64,000 bases of DNA from an uncultured cyanobacterium (GTDB lineage: Bacteria > Cyanobacteriota > Cyanobacteriia > Cyanobacteriales > CAWCAG01): positions 1-64,000 of the forward strand of contig CAWCAG010000007.1 in NCBI GenBank assembly GCA_963793425.1, given 5' to 3'. The notes under the pieces are model-generated. The model had not been told where the DNA came from. It ran no database searches and saw only the letters and a program-made list of their open reading frames with translations. Below are positions 40,200 through 49,804 of this stretch, piece by piece. Every line of letters begins with the position of its first letter. Position 1 is the stretch's first letter. The position numbers and the translations under genes are program-made.

Positions 40200-40685
40200 C
40201 TACTTCACCCGAATAAAATGATCCACAGCTAATTCTACTTCTTCAACCTCAAACTCATTGTTACCGGCTTTAACGTCTCCTATTTTGTAACCTACAGGCC
40301 AAGCACCTTGAAAACGGAATCTCGCCCTTTCAATTGCACCTTGGTCATAAATTGTCAAGTCCCCATCTTTCCTTTGCTTACTCCACTCTCCTTCTTCTAC
40401 GGCTTGAAACCACTTCCACATAGTTGTCGAAACCGTTAAACCTCGCTTCAGAGTAATATTCTCGCTTTTGCTGTTACCAGGAAGTTTAGTACGGACAACC
40501 TTACCGTTTTTAGCTCCACCCTTGCCCCATTTTTGGGGAGTAACCTCGCAGATTTCAATAACCTCTTGGCTACGCTTAAACCCTTGACACTCCATAAAAT
40601 AGGCATCAATAGGATTTTTCGACCCATCTAATTTTAATTCTAGGTAAAAGCGGGCGCTACTAAGGATTTCAAATTGTTCTGACAT
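40200..40685 (-). CDS. CIS tail tube protein (gp19-like) 3
   Basis: FMECQGF, KLPG, NITLKRGLT, WKWF, RFRFQGAWPV, VEEVELA. Confidence 0.92.
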   Translation of the reverse strand: MSEQFEILSSARFYLELKLDGSKNPIDAYFMECQGFKRSQEVIEICEVTPQKWGKGGAKNGKVVRTKLPGNSKSENITLKRGLTVSTTMWKWFQAVEEGEWSKQRKDGDLTIYDQGAIERARFRFQGAWPVGYKIGDVKAGNNEFEVEEVELAVDHFIRVK

Positions 40686-40772
40686 AATTCACCTCCTCAA
40701 GGGAGACAATAAAATAGTAGAGGCGAAAGACCGATTCTTACAGAAAGTCTTCCGCCAATGCTCCGGCAAAGC

Positions 40773-41246
40773 TTACTTCACCCGGTGCAGATTTTCGTAA
40801 ACAATCTCTACAGTTTCTGTACCTAATTCCGTGGCACCTGCTTCTAACTTAGATGACTTGTAACTTGAAGGCATCGCTCCGGTAAAATTCCAACGAGCCG
40901 CTTCTTCTCCAGCTTGGTTATAAAGAATAATTGAGCCTGTTTTCCTTTCTCCTTTACTGCTTGTACCACCACCAGCAATAGGTTCGGAGTGGGAGTCCTC
41001 ATACCATTGCATCAATCTATTATCTTCAACAGTATCCACATACTCTATAGTTATTTTGCCGTTCTCTACCCCAGTAACAGTAGCCTGCATTTGGCTTTTG
41101 CCTCCCTTGGTAACACCAAAAGCTTTGCTATCACCAGCAGTTTGTAATTTAACTTCTATACCACTAACCTTTTTGACGATTAGATCATCTAAGCCATCTA
41201 GCTGAGCATAAAACTTAGAACAAGCAAGAATTTCACCAGCAGCCAT
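40773..41246 (-). CDS. CIS tail tube protein (gp19-like) 2
   Basis: RKTGSIILYNQAGEEAARWNFTGAMPSSY..ETVEIVYE. Confidence 0.88.
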   Translation of the reverse strand: MAAGEILACSKFYAQLDGLDDLIVKKVSGIEVKLQTAGDSKAFGVTKGGKSQMQATVTGVENGKITIEYVDTVEDNRLMQWYEDSHSEPIAGGGTSSKGERKTGSIILYNQAGEEAARWNFTGAMPSSYKSSKLEAGATELGTETVEIVYENLHRVK

Positions 41247-41295
41247 AGTTCAACTCCAAATTTAGTTCAATAATAATTATTTAATAGCTTTCCCA

Positions 41296-41769
41296 CTATT
41301 TCACACGATTAACTTGTTCGCAGAGTACAGTAAAAGTTTCCTTACAAAGGTCTTTACTATCTGCGGCGAAGTCATTGACTTTATAGGTTTTAATCCAGAT
41401 ATTGACAAGATTCCAGCGCAAAACTTCGTTATCTTCACTGTCATAACCAACGATGGAACCATTTTTACGGTTTTCACGCCACTTACCGTCGCCACCTTCG
41501 CTCTTGGGCATGGTCGTCTTTAACCAGCTATACCAGTCCAAGTCACCTTCACAGAGGTAAGTTTCTATGGTGACATCAGGGTTTTCTTCAAATCCTGCTG
41601 AGGTGGTTTGCCACATGGTCTTACCATTTTTCGTGGAAGCTAAAGGTTTTTCATGACCTGCCGTTTGTCCAGTAAAAGTTACCTCTTGGACACTAGCAAC
41701 TAGCTTATCTGTCAGACCATCTACTTCCCAATAAAATCGACTAGTTGGGGTTGGTTTTAATTCTGTCAT
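41296..41769 (-). CDS. CIS tail tube protein (gp19-like) 1
   Basis: RKNGSIVGYDSEDNEVLRWNLVNIWIKTY..ETFTVLCE. Confidence 0.88.
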   Translation of the reverse strand: MTELKPTPTSRFYWEVDGLTDKLVASVQEVTFTGQTAGHEKPLASTKNGKTMWQTTSAGFEENPDVTIETYLCEGDLDWYSWLKTTMPKSEGGDGKWRENRKNGSIVGYDSEDNEVLRWNLVNIWIKTYKVNDFAADSKDLCKETFTVLCEQVNRVK

Positions 41770-41887
41770 TGTTTAACTCCTAATCTGCAACAAAATTAAC
41801 AATTTTCTTTTGCTTAGTTGGAACAGAAGAAGGGCGACTGTTATAAGTTTTTTTTAGGTCGCTCTTCTCTATTTTATACCCTAATAA

Positions 41888-43603
41888 TTACTGGTTGGGG
41901 GCCCACTGGCTAACCCGGAAAATGACAAATTCCGCAGGACGTACAGGGCAAACACCAACTTCTACATAAAGACGACCCATCATCATGGTTTCTGGGGTGT
42001 TGAGAGTGCCGTCACACTTGACATAAAAAGATTCGCTGGGGGAAGCACCAAATAACGCTCCTTCCCGCCACAAACGCTCTAGGAATGTACCAACGGTACG
42101 CTTCACCCGCTCCCAAAGATCCATATCATTAGGTTCAAAAACAACCCATTGAGTACCAATTTCAATGGATTTTTCAATGTAGCTAATCAAACGACGCACA
42201 CTAATGTAGCGCCACTGAATATTATCTGGCTCTACCAGAGTACGAGCGCCCCAAACTTTGTAACCTCGGTTGTAATTAGCAAAGTTACGAATACAGTTAA
42301 TTCCCATGGGGTTGAGGAGTTCCTGTTCCCGCATATTGGTTTCGTAAGATAAACCAATTACGCCTCTGGGGGTGTCATTAGCTGGAGCTTTAAAAATACC
42401 GCGGTTTTGGTCAGTGCGACACCAGATTCCCATCATATGACCGCAAGGAGGAATACTAATAGGTCTTCCTGCGTTGCGAGGGTTAGGAACTTTAATCCAA
42501 GGGTAGTAAAGAGCGCCGAACATAGAACGGCGGTTGAATGCTTTTAACCATTCAGCTACGTGTTGAGGTCTTTGCTCTTCCGGTTTGACGGCTTGGTTCT
42601 CATTTTTACCCATTTTGACAGGAGGGGGATCTAAAACAACCATGCGGTAAGGAGGTCCAGGGAAGGAGTTCTCGCAGAGACTAACCATCATCTCCATGAC
42701 CCCATGTACCTGATCCAAGTCCAGCAATTCGTCTTGGTAGGCACGCATCAAGTCAGGACAAGCAATCATAGCTACTTCGTCCACTTCAAACAAACCCTGC
42801 ATCCCTTGGCGTTCATCCCGGCTACCTGTAACATCCCTAGTTAAGCGTTCAGGAGGTGCAATGTAAGGTGGTGGGGCAACTTCATAGGTTCCGTTTCCAG
42901 GTCTGCGGGAGATAGCAGATTGTCCGGTGATGGAAATATCAGCAACGCTGACATATTCAGAAGCTTCCATAACCGCAACAGCATAATCTGCTACAGCAGT
43001 CTCTACTTCTGGGTTCATGGTGAGGTTATCGTAGCGTTCTAATTCCTCATTACCGCTTCTAATCACTACGTTAAAGAATTCCCCAGTATTGATCGGGGAT
43101 TCTGCGTCTTCTGGGGCATTTTCGGGTAGGGGTTTGGGTGTACTTTCTTCAACATAAACCCGGATGCGTCCATCAGCAGAAGGTAAGGCAGGTAAATTGT
43201 CTTCTCCTTCTGGCATTTTCAGGTTAAATGCTAAACAAGGTTTGCCCCCAGGAGTAAGCATTTTAGTAGCGGTTTCTTCTGGTGCTGGTGCTGGTGTGCC
43301 TGGTAATTTTGTACCAATACTAGTTACCCAACAACGCCCTCCCCCATTCAAAAACCAACCTTGAACAGCAAAAGGAAGATAAGCATCGAAATCTGTAAAA
43401 CCATCAGAACCTGGTTTTGCAAAATACTCCCTAAACTGATCGAAGTTAGTCACCATCATTGGCTTAAAAAGTTCTGCGTCGCCCCGGACATCTTCGGTAA
43501 AACCGATAAATCCTGCTACGCTCATACTCAACCCTTCAATCGGGCGACTGCCCCGGTCTACTTCTTCAACGTAGACCCCAGGAGCAAAATAATCCAATGC
43601 CAT
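41888..43603 (-). CDS. CIS contractile tail sheath protein
   Basis: APGVYVEEVD, WFLNGGGRCWV, ALYYPW, KAPAN, VWGARTL, WRYISVRR, VFEPND, PVRPAEFVIFR. Confidence 0.96.
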   Translation of the reverse strand: MALDYFAPGVYVEEVDRGSRPIEGLSMSVAGFIGFTEDVRGDAELFKPMMVTNFDQFREYFAKPGSDGFTDFDAYLPFAVQGWFLNGGGRCWVTSIGTKLPGTPAPAPEETATKMLTPGGKPCLAFNLKMPEGEDNLPALPSADGRIRVYVEESTPKPLPENAPEDAESPINTGEFFNVVIRSGNEELERYDNLTMNPEVETAVADYAVAVMEASEYVSVADISITGQSAISRRPGNGTYEVAPPPYIAPPERLTRDVTGSRDERQGMQGLFEVDEVAMIACPDLMRAYQDELLDLDQVHGVMEMMVSLCENSFPGPPYRMVVLDPPPVKMGKNENQAVKPEEQRPQHVAEWLKAFNRRSMFGALYYPWIKVPNPRNAGRPISIPPCGHMMGIWCRTDQNRGIFKAPANDTPRGVIGLSYETNMREQELLNPMGINCIRNFANYNRGYKVWGARTLVEPDNIQWRYISVRRLISYIEKSIEIGTQWVVFEPNDMDLWERVKRTVGTFLERLWREGALFGASPSESFYVKCDGTLNTPETMMMGRLYVEVGVCPVRPAEFVIFRVSQWAPNQ

Positions 43604-43701
43604 GATTCAGCAATCCTCCAGATGTAGAATATCTTTACCTTAAATTTATTAATCCCCCAAGTTTAGTAAACAGCCGCATTAGGGCAAATTTCTTAAACTT
43701 T

Positions 43702-44271
43702 TCAAGAATGTTTACCCAACTTAATCAATTTCTTTTGGGAAAAAGGAGATTTACTTACCAGTTTTGAGGTAGGGTTAGGCTGATAACTTAGGGGAACTGT
43801 AACTGTTACATAGAGAGCAGGACGCAAGGGAACTCCTAAAGCACTCCAAAAAGTAGCAGTGTCTTTTATTTCTTGGGCAGAAACTTTTAAGGGCAAGGAG
43901 CCACGACCCTGTAATCCAGGAGCTAGAAGTTCTTCTGGCAGAGAGCGATAATTCCCTAAGAGGCTTAGGGCTTCGCTAAGGAGATGTTGTTCACCTAGAG
44001 TAGTGCGATCCCAAGCTGTGATCAGGAAAGATAAATCAAACCAGATAAAAGAGCAATCTTGATCGGCATTTGACTCCTTTGCTTGCCCCGCATAATTTAC
44101 CTTAGTATTTTCTCTGATGTCATAGCAGTAAAGGTTTAACCTAGGGCTAAAATACTGTTCTAGGGCTGCTGGACGCTCAAAATCAATTTGTTCTGTCGTA
44201 ATTGAGGGGCTACCCTCAGCTAATATTTCTGCCAGAGTTTGAGTAACAGTATTAATCATAAGTAAAGCCAT
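43702..44271 (-). CDS. Pvc16/DUF4255 CIS cap (sheath terminator) protein
   Basis: LNLYCYDIREN, LSFLITAW, EQHLL, FWSALGVPLRPALYVTVTVP; start 44271 or 44259. Confidence 0.88.
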   Translation of the reverse strand: MALLMINTVTQTLAEILAEGSPSITTEQIDFERPAALEQYFSPRLNLYCYDIRENTKVNYAGQAKESNADQDCSFIWFDLSFLITAWDRTTLGEQHLLSEALSLLGNYRSLPEELLAPGLQGRGSLPLKVSAQEIKDTATFWSALGVPLRPALYVTVTVPLSYQPNPTSKLVSKSPFSQKKLIKLGKHS

Positions 44272-44448
44272 CTGATAAATTAGGCTATACGTAGCATTCA
44301 GTCTAAACAAGGGATTTGGTCATAACCATTAGACTTTGGTCTAAAGCTGAGCCTGGGGGAGTAGGGGCAAGTATTAATTTTTTCTAACTCTTGGGAGATG
44401 TTATTCCTATATTGAGTTAAATTAAAGAACAAAAAGCGATAAAGCATA

Positions 44449-45603
44449 ATGCAATTATCAGCTCTTCCTTTGCCAGAAAAAAGCCCATTGCTAGATAGTA
44501 ATGTTGTTGCAACCTTCCCTGAAAGCTTGAATAGTTTCTGCCAAGGGCAACTAGAACTAATGGTCAACCAACTGCCTTCCCAGGCGGCTTGGATCATTGG
44601 GCGTTCTCAAAGTGCAACTCAAAAACATTATTTAGCTTATTGGTGCAAAGAAACAGCCAGCTTAAACGAACAAAATCTTATTTATTTAGAATCAGAGGCT
44701 TGGTTAAAACAACTTGAATTTCTTTGGCAAGATCAGTTGAGAATTAGTCCTAGCTTGGAAATATGTGACCTTGTTTATCTATTCCCTTTGCTGGATGAAC
44801 AAAACTCTTCTGCTTCTGATCAACCTCAGTTAGATGAATACCTATTAATCTGGGCTGAACAACCTCTATCATTAGATCAACAAGAGAAAATCCAGCAACA
44901 GGCAGCATTCATTGCTGATTATTTGTCTCTATCTCGCCAGTGCCATAGACAACAAGAACAACTCAAACTCTATCAGCAAATCTTGCAACAAGGAGAACAT
45001 CAGTTAAGAAATCCCCTTGCTATGATTGGTTTATATGCTGAGAACCTTTATTTAAGATTGCCAGAGGGGGCGTTGCGTCAGCAAGCTAAGGTAGTGAGGG
45101 AAACAGTCAAAGACCTTAGCGCCAACCTCAAAAATCTTTTGCATTGTTCTCAACAAAACCAACTTCAATTATCTCATGCAAATTTTCAGGTTATTCTAGC
45201 TGAGACTATTCAGATTTTGGAACCTCAATTAGAAGCCAAAGGAATTACCCTTAACATTCCTCAAAACGCTTTAACTTTGACCGTAGATAGTTGGAAAATC
45301 AAACAAGTTTTTGCCAACATCCTCAGCAATGCCGTAGATTTTAGCCCAGTAGGGGGAATGATAACCGTGAACTGGCAGCTATTTGGCAAAGAGTTATTAG
45401 TAGAAATTGTTGATCAAGGGCCAGGACTTACTCCAGAAGTCCTCAAACACGTATTCACACCTTTTTATTCTCAAAAAGAAGGAGGAACAGGTTTAGGATT
45501 AGCCATTGCCAAAAAAAATATTCTCGCTCATCAAGGTAGCATCTGGGTAGAAAACTTACCCAATGGTGGGGCGCAATTTTCTTTTACCCTGCCCCGTTTG
45601 TAA
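44449..45603 (+). CDS. Cytoplasmic sensor histidine kinase
   Basis: HQLRNPL, NILSNA, DQGPG, FTPFY, GTGLGLAI; no TM. Confidence 0.92.
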   Translation: MQLSALPLPEKSPLLDSNVVATFPESLNSFCQGQLELMVNQLPSQAAWIIGRSQSATQKHYLAYWCKETASLNEQNLIYLESEAWLKQLEFLWQDQLRISPSLEICDLVYLFPLLDEQNSSASDQPQLDEYLLIWAEQPLSLDQQEKIQQQAAFIADYLSLSRQCHRQQEQLKLYQQILQQGEHQLRNPLAMIGLYAENLYLRLPEGALRQQAKVVRETVKDLSANLKNLLHCSQQNQLQLSHANFQVILAETIQILEPQLEAKGITLNIPQNALTLTVDSWKIKQVFANILSNAVDFSPVGGMITVNWQLFGKELLVEIVDQGPGLTPEVLKHVFTPFYSQKEGGTGLGLAIAKKNILAHQGSIWVENLPNGGAQFSFTLPRL

Positions 45604-45697
45604 AAAAAATCAGGAAAAGTTAAGTGAAAGTTTGAAGTTAAAAAGACGAAAAATTTTTCTTGATAACTTCTTCGCAAAAAAGTTTTAGGGGTAATTT

Positions 45698-46393
45698 ATG
45701 ATAACTACAGCAACCCAGTCAATCTCAATTTTATTAGTAGACGACCAGCCTCTATTTCGCCAGGGGCTGCGTACCTTATTGAACTTTTATGGCGAAAGTG
45801 GTTCTTTACAATTTAATATCATTGGTGAAGCGGCAACTGTAGAGCAAGCTGTTAAACTGACAATTCAACAGAATCCTGCCTTAATTTTGTTGGATTTAGA
45901 ATTAGCTCAAGGTAGCGGTATTCAGGCCCTCCTCCGTTTAAGGGAGTTATCCTATAAAGGAAGAGTATTGGTTCTTTCTGCCCATCAGGAAGACGAATGG
46001 GTCTTCAAGGCCATGCAAGCAGGGGCCAAAGGCTATGTGTTTAAAGATCACCTAGCTAGCCAGCTTTGCGAAGCCATTTCTACAGTCATGCGCGATGAAG
46101 TCTATTTAGCCCCAGAGGTGGCCACCAGCTTTTTTAGGATGTTTCACTTCTATGCAGGCAATTCTTTTAAAACAGCTTCTAACCTCAATTTAACGGAAAG
46201 AGAACAAGAAGTCTTACACTGGTTAGTGCAGGGTTCTTCTAATGATCAAATTGCTCGTAATTTGCACGTCACCGTAGCCACAGTTAAAGCTCATTTAACT
46301 TCTATTTTTGATAAGTTAAGTGTCAGAAGCCGAACCCAAGCAATCATTAAAGCTTTAAAACTGGGGCTAGTAGGGGCAACCATCGTACCCTAG
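45698..46393 (+). CDS. NarL/LuxR family response regulator
   Basis: LVDDQ, LLDL, GYVFK; LTEREQEVL..TVKAHLTSIFDKL. Confidence 0.95.
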   Translation: MITTATQSISILLVDDQPLFRQGLRTLLNFYGESGSLQFNIIGEAATVEQAVKLTIQQNPALILLDLELAQGSGIQALLRLRELSYKGRVLVLSAHQEDEWVFKAMQAGAKGYVFKDHLASQLCEAISTVMRDEVYLAPEVATSFFRMFHFYAGNSFKTASNLNLTEREQEVLHWLVQGSSNDQIARNLHVTVATVKAHLTSIFDKLSVRSRTQAIIKALKLGLVGATIVP

Positions 46394-46486
46394 CAGCCCT
46401 ATTCTACATTTTGAGGAAGTGATGAAGAGAATAAAACTATTCCCCATTCCCCACTCCCTACTCCCTACTCCCCACTCCCTTCTGAA

Positions 46487-47785
46487 ATGAGTAATTATCT
46501 AGCAATTGCCACCGTAACGGCTGTTCTACAAAGAACTTTAATTAAGGCAATAGAGGCAGATATAGAGGGCGTAAGAGTAACCACCAGCCGCCCTGATAAC
46601 CCTGGTGGTGGCATACCAGAAACCAGAGTTAATCTTTATCTTTATCAAGCTGAACTTAATGAAGTGTGGCGCAATAGTGCCAACATGAGAGCAAATCGTA
46701 ATCGTCAAACAGAGTCTGCGAAGCAAAATCGTACTGCTTTTGATCTTCACTATATGATTAGTTTTTATGGTAATGATGCAGAATTAAAGCCTCAACGCCT
46801 GATGGGGAGTGCAATACAAGCTCTGACAGACAAACCGATTATTACTACAGAGATGATTCGAGGAGCAACTAGTGACTCGACCTTTGCTTACTTAGCAGAT
46901 AATACTCTGGTTCAACAAGTAGAACAAATTAAATTCATTCCCTTAGATTTATCTGTAGAAGATTTATCAAAAATCTGGTCAATCTTTTTTCAAACTCCCT
47001 ATACTTTATCCATTGCCTATCGTGTCACAGCCGTAGTTATTGAAGGACATAAACCGGCCCAGAAAGCTTTGCCAGTTACAGAAAGAAGCACCGGGGGTAT
47101 AGCACCTTTTCCTAACCAGCCAATTATTGAAAGTATAGAATCAGAAGGCGGTAGATTTGAACCAATTTTGGCCAGTAGTGCCTTAGTAATTAAAGGACAA
47201 AATTTACAAGGTCAAATTACTCAGATTTTAGTGGGGGATTTTGAAGCGACACCAACAGAGGTAAATGATGCTGAAGTAAAATTTGACCTTGGTTTGTTAC
47301 CTAGTCCAGCTTTTAAAGCCGGGGTACAAAGTTTGCAAATAATTCATCGCTTTAACCCCGGTGAAGTTCCCCAAATTATTACGCCTCAAACTAAATCTAT
47401 GACTGTTGTCGAGTCTAATGTTATGCCTTTTGTGGTACGTCCTATCATCAAAGAAATTAAGGTAGAAAATTTACGAGGGCGTCATGATGAACTCCGTTCT
47501 GGAGATTTAGTTATTCAAACTGATGTCACTGTGGGTAAGGAGCAGCGCATACTTCTATCCTTGAATGAATGGTCAACTGATGATCCGGCAACTTATATGT
47601 TTAAAAGTCCTCACTCTCGTTCTGAGGATACTCAAACTATTACCGTACCTATTAACCAAGTTCAAGCCGGACAATATTTAGTTCGCCTTCATATTGATGG
47701 GGCAGAAAGTCCTCTCAAAAAAGATACCGACCCTGATAGTGATACTTTTGATTTATATGTTGCCCCTCAAGTTTTAATTAGTTAA
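46487..47785 (+). CDS. Pvc16/DUF4255 protein with C-terminal beta-rich (IPT/TIG-like) extension
   Basis: MSNYLAIATVTAVL, VNLYLYQ, DLHYMISFYG, LSKIWS..FQTPY.LSIAY; C-terminal GQYLVRLHIDGAES. Confidence 0.85.
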   Translation: MSNYLAIATVTAVLQRTLIKAIEADIEGVRVTTSRPDNPGGGIPETRVNLYLYQAELNEVWRNSANMRANRNRQTESAKQNRTAFDLHYMISFYGNDAELKPQRLMGSAIQALTDKPIITTEMIRGATSDSTFAYLADNTLVQQVEQIKFIPLDLSVEDLSKIWSIFFQTPYTLSIAYRVTAVVIEGHKPAQKALPVTERSTGGIAPFPNQPIIESIESEGGRFEPILASSALVIKGQNLQGQITQILVGDFEATPTEVNDAEVKFDLGLLPSPAFKAGVQSLQIIHRFNPGEVPQIITPQTKSMTVVESNVMPFVVRPIIKEIKVENLRGRHDELRSGDLVIQTDVTVGKEQRILLSLNEWSTDDPATYMFKSPHSRSEDTQTITVPINQVQAGQYLVRLHIDGAESPLKKDTDPDSDTFDLYVAPQVLIS

Positions 47786-47808
47786 CCTTGAGAATAATTA
47801 GTAAGCTT

Positions 47809-48033
47809 ATGTACCGTATTAGAATTTCTGGTTTAGGTTTTATTCATAAACAATGGCAAGATGAAGAACCAAGATTTTGTAGCACTAAAACTAAAGCAAA
47901 AACTTGGAAAAGTCTGAAGGGAGCAATGGATTTTGGTAACAAAAAGCTTACTCCTAAAGTTAAAATTGGTTGGGAGTTATGGCAAGAAGCAGATGATGGA
48001 TTAACTCCTGTGTTTCGCCCTCGACCTAGATGA
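47809..48033 (+). CDS. Small basic hypothetical protein
   Basis: ORF 47788..48033, likely ATG at 47809. Confidence 0.55.
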   Translation: MYRIRISGLGFIHKQWQDEEPRFCSTKTKAKTWKSLKGAMDFGNKKLTPKVKIGWELWQEADDGLTPVFRPRPR

Positions 48034-48070
48034 TGGAGAGCTAGAGAACTAGGGGAGTAATAAGTGATAA

Positions 48071-48337
48071 ATGTTAAATGATGAGGTGAGGAAAATGGAA
48101 GATCAAGATGTAAATGAAGAACAAGATGAACAAGAAAAGGAAGAGGAAGTTCTTAGTTTAAATAAGTTAACTGAATTAGGTAATCAAGCTATTAGCGATC
48201 GCCTAATTTTTGGTCATGGCTATCGGGGCGGTAAATATGAAATTCTTCGCCAGGGGGAAGTTTTGTTAATGACTCCTCAAGAAGCTGAAAGTTATTTGCA
48301 GGAGTTAATTGATGGAAGATCCCAGAAAAGCACCTAA
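48071..48337 (+). CDS. Small acidic hypothetical protein
   Basis: 88-aa ORF. Confidence 0.6.
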   Translation: MLNDEVRKMEDQDVNEEQDEQEKEEEVLSLNKLTELGNQAISDRLIFGHGYRGGKYEILRQGEVLLMTPQEAESYLQELIDGRSQKST

Positions 48338-48360
48338 ATTATCTTGATGGTGAGAGAATT

Positions 48361-49689
48361 TTAAGCCAACTGTTTAGGTAAAGAGGTATTGCTTTGATTT
48401 GTGGCCCTAACCCTTTCAGAATTCTTCGCGTAAACCCTTTCTACTACCTCTGCTAAACGTTTCATTGCTGTAGCAATTTCTTCAGGAGTGGCAGTTAAGC
48501 TAATGCGAATACATTGTTGTTTGTGTGACCATTGTTCGTGCAAACCAGGGAAGAAAGGACTGCCGGGAACAACAATGACTCCTACTTCTTTTAATTCTTG
48601 ATAAAGTTCCCAATCTGTTAATGGTAAATCCTCTAACCACAGCCAAGCAAAAATAGCCCCTTCGCCACGGTGCAAAAACCACGGTAAGTCTTGGGGAAGG
48701 GCCGCATCTAAGGTGTTTTCTAAGATGGCTAATTTGTTTTGGTAATGGGGACGAATTACTGATGTAGCAATTTCTGCTAAAGCGCCACTAGCGATCGCCT
48801 TAGTAGCGATCGCCTGTCCGTAGCGAGAAGAATGGAGGCAGAGGTTGGTTTGGAAACATTCTAAAACTTGAATTAATTGCGGATCACCAATGGCTACCCC
48901 TACCCTTTCCCCTGGTAATCCGGCTTTGGAGAGGCTAAGGCAATGGATGATGTTGCTGCCAAATTGGGGTGTCATAGCCGTAAAGTTTAGGGCTGGGTAG
49001 GGGATTGCGTAGGCAGAGTCGATTAAAACTGGTACGTCATGGGGAGCAGCTAAGTCAGTGATTTTCTGCACTTCTGCGTCGCTGAGGACGTTGCCTGTGG
49101 GGTTGCAAGGACGGGAAAAGATTACGCAGCCTGTGGTTTCATCAATGACAAGTCGGCTAAAATCTGGGCGGTATTTGAAGCGATGTTCTTGGTCGTTAAT
49201 TTCTAAGTTGGGTTTGTAGGCAATAATTGTGTCTGGGGTTAAGCTAACTCCCCCATATCCGGTGTAATCAGGGCTTAGGGGTAGAACAACTCGTTTTAAT
49301 TTTCCGGCGGGAGTGTAGCCAGCTAAGGCATTAGCTGCGTAAAAGTAAATAGATTGGGAACCAGGGGTGATGAGAATGTTTCTGTCGGTGAGGTTCAACC
49401 CATAACGTTGGTTAAAATCATTAGCGATCGCCTCAATTAAAGGAGTATATCCTTGAGAAGAGCCATAACGCCCCACTACTTCACCATATTCAGGGCTGGC
49501 TAGCAATTGTGCGTTACAATCTCGCCACAATTGTTCTACTTCTGGCAAAATTACCGGGTTGCCAGCACTAAGATTGATAAAATCCCTCCCTTGACCTGCT
49601 CGCAAGGTTTCGATAATATCTTTCATAATTGCCCGAACCCCTGTGAGAGTGGACATTTGCTTACCAATTTTTGATAGGTGAGGATTCAT
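48361..49689 (-). CDS. avtA: Valine--pyruvate transaminase
   Basis: LSAGNP, SRPCNPTGNV, DSAY, SLSKAGLPGERVG. Confidence 0.92.
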   Translation of the reverse strand: MNPHLSKIGKQMSTLTGVRAIMKDIIETLRAGQGRDFINLSAGNPVILPEVEQLWRDCNAQLLASPEYGEVVGRYGSSQGYTPLIEAIANDFNQRYGLNLTDRNILITPGSQSIYFYAANALAGYTPAGKLKRVVLPLSPDYTGYGGVSLTPDTIIAYKPNLEINDQEHRFKYRPDFSRLVIDETTGCVIFSRPCNPTGNVLSDAEVQKITDLAAPHDVPVLIDSAYAIPYPALNFTAMTPQFGSNIIHCLSLSKAGLPGERVGVAIGDPQLIQVLECFQTNLCLHSSRYGQAIATKAIASGALAEIATSVIRPHYQNKLAILENTLDAALPQDLPWFLHRGEGAIFAWLWLEDLPLTDWELYQELKEVGVIVVPGSPFFPGLHEQWSHKQQCIRISLTATPEEIATAMKRLAEVVERVYAKNSERVRATNQSNTSLPKQLA

Positions 49690-49804
49690 GATGCTTGTTG
49701 AGGTTGATGGGGAGATTTTTTTTACTATTTAGTTATCTTACTTGCTCTAGTGTTCCCCTTTCCCTACCCCAACAAATAACCTATGGAACTAAACCGATTT
49801 GGTA

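Noticed and set aside
7231..46480. 7-8-mer tandem repeats (7231, 18111, 33364, 40021, 40165, 46440) as a novel signal
   Set aside because: Ordinary cyanobacterial STRR-type intergenic repeats.
38370..47785. Prophage or T6SS
   Set aside because: No capsid, terminase, portal, integrase or TssJLM/ClpV; sheath and Pvc16 motifs are eCIS-type.
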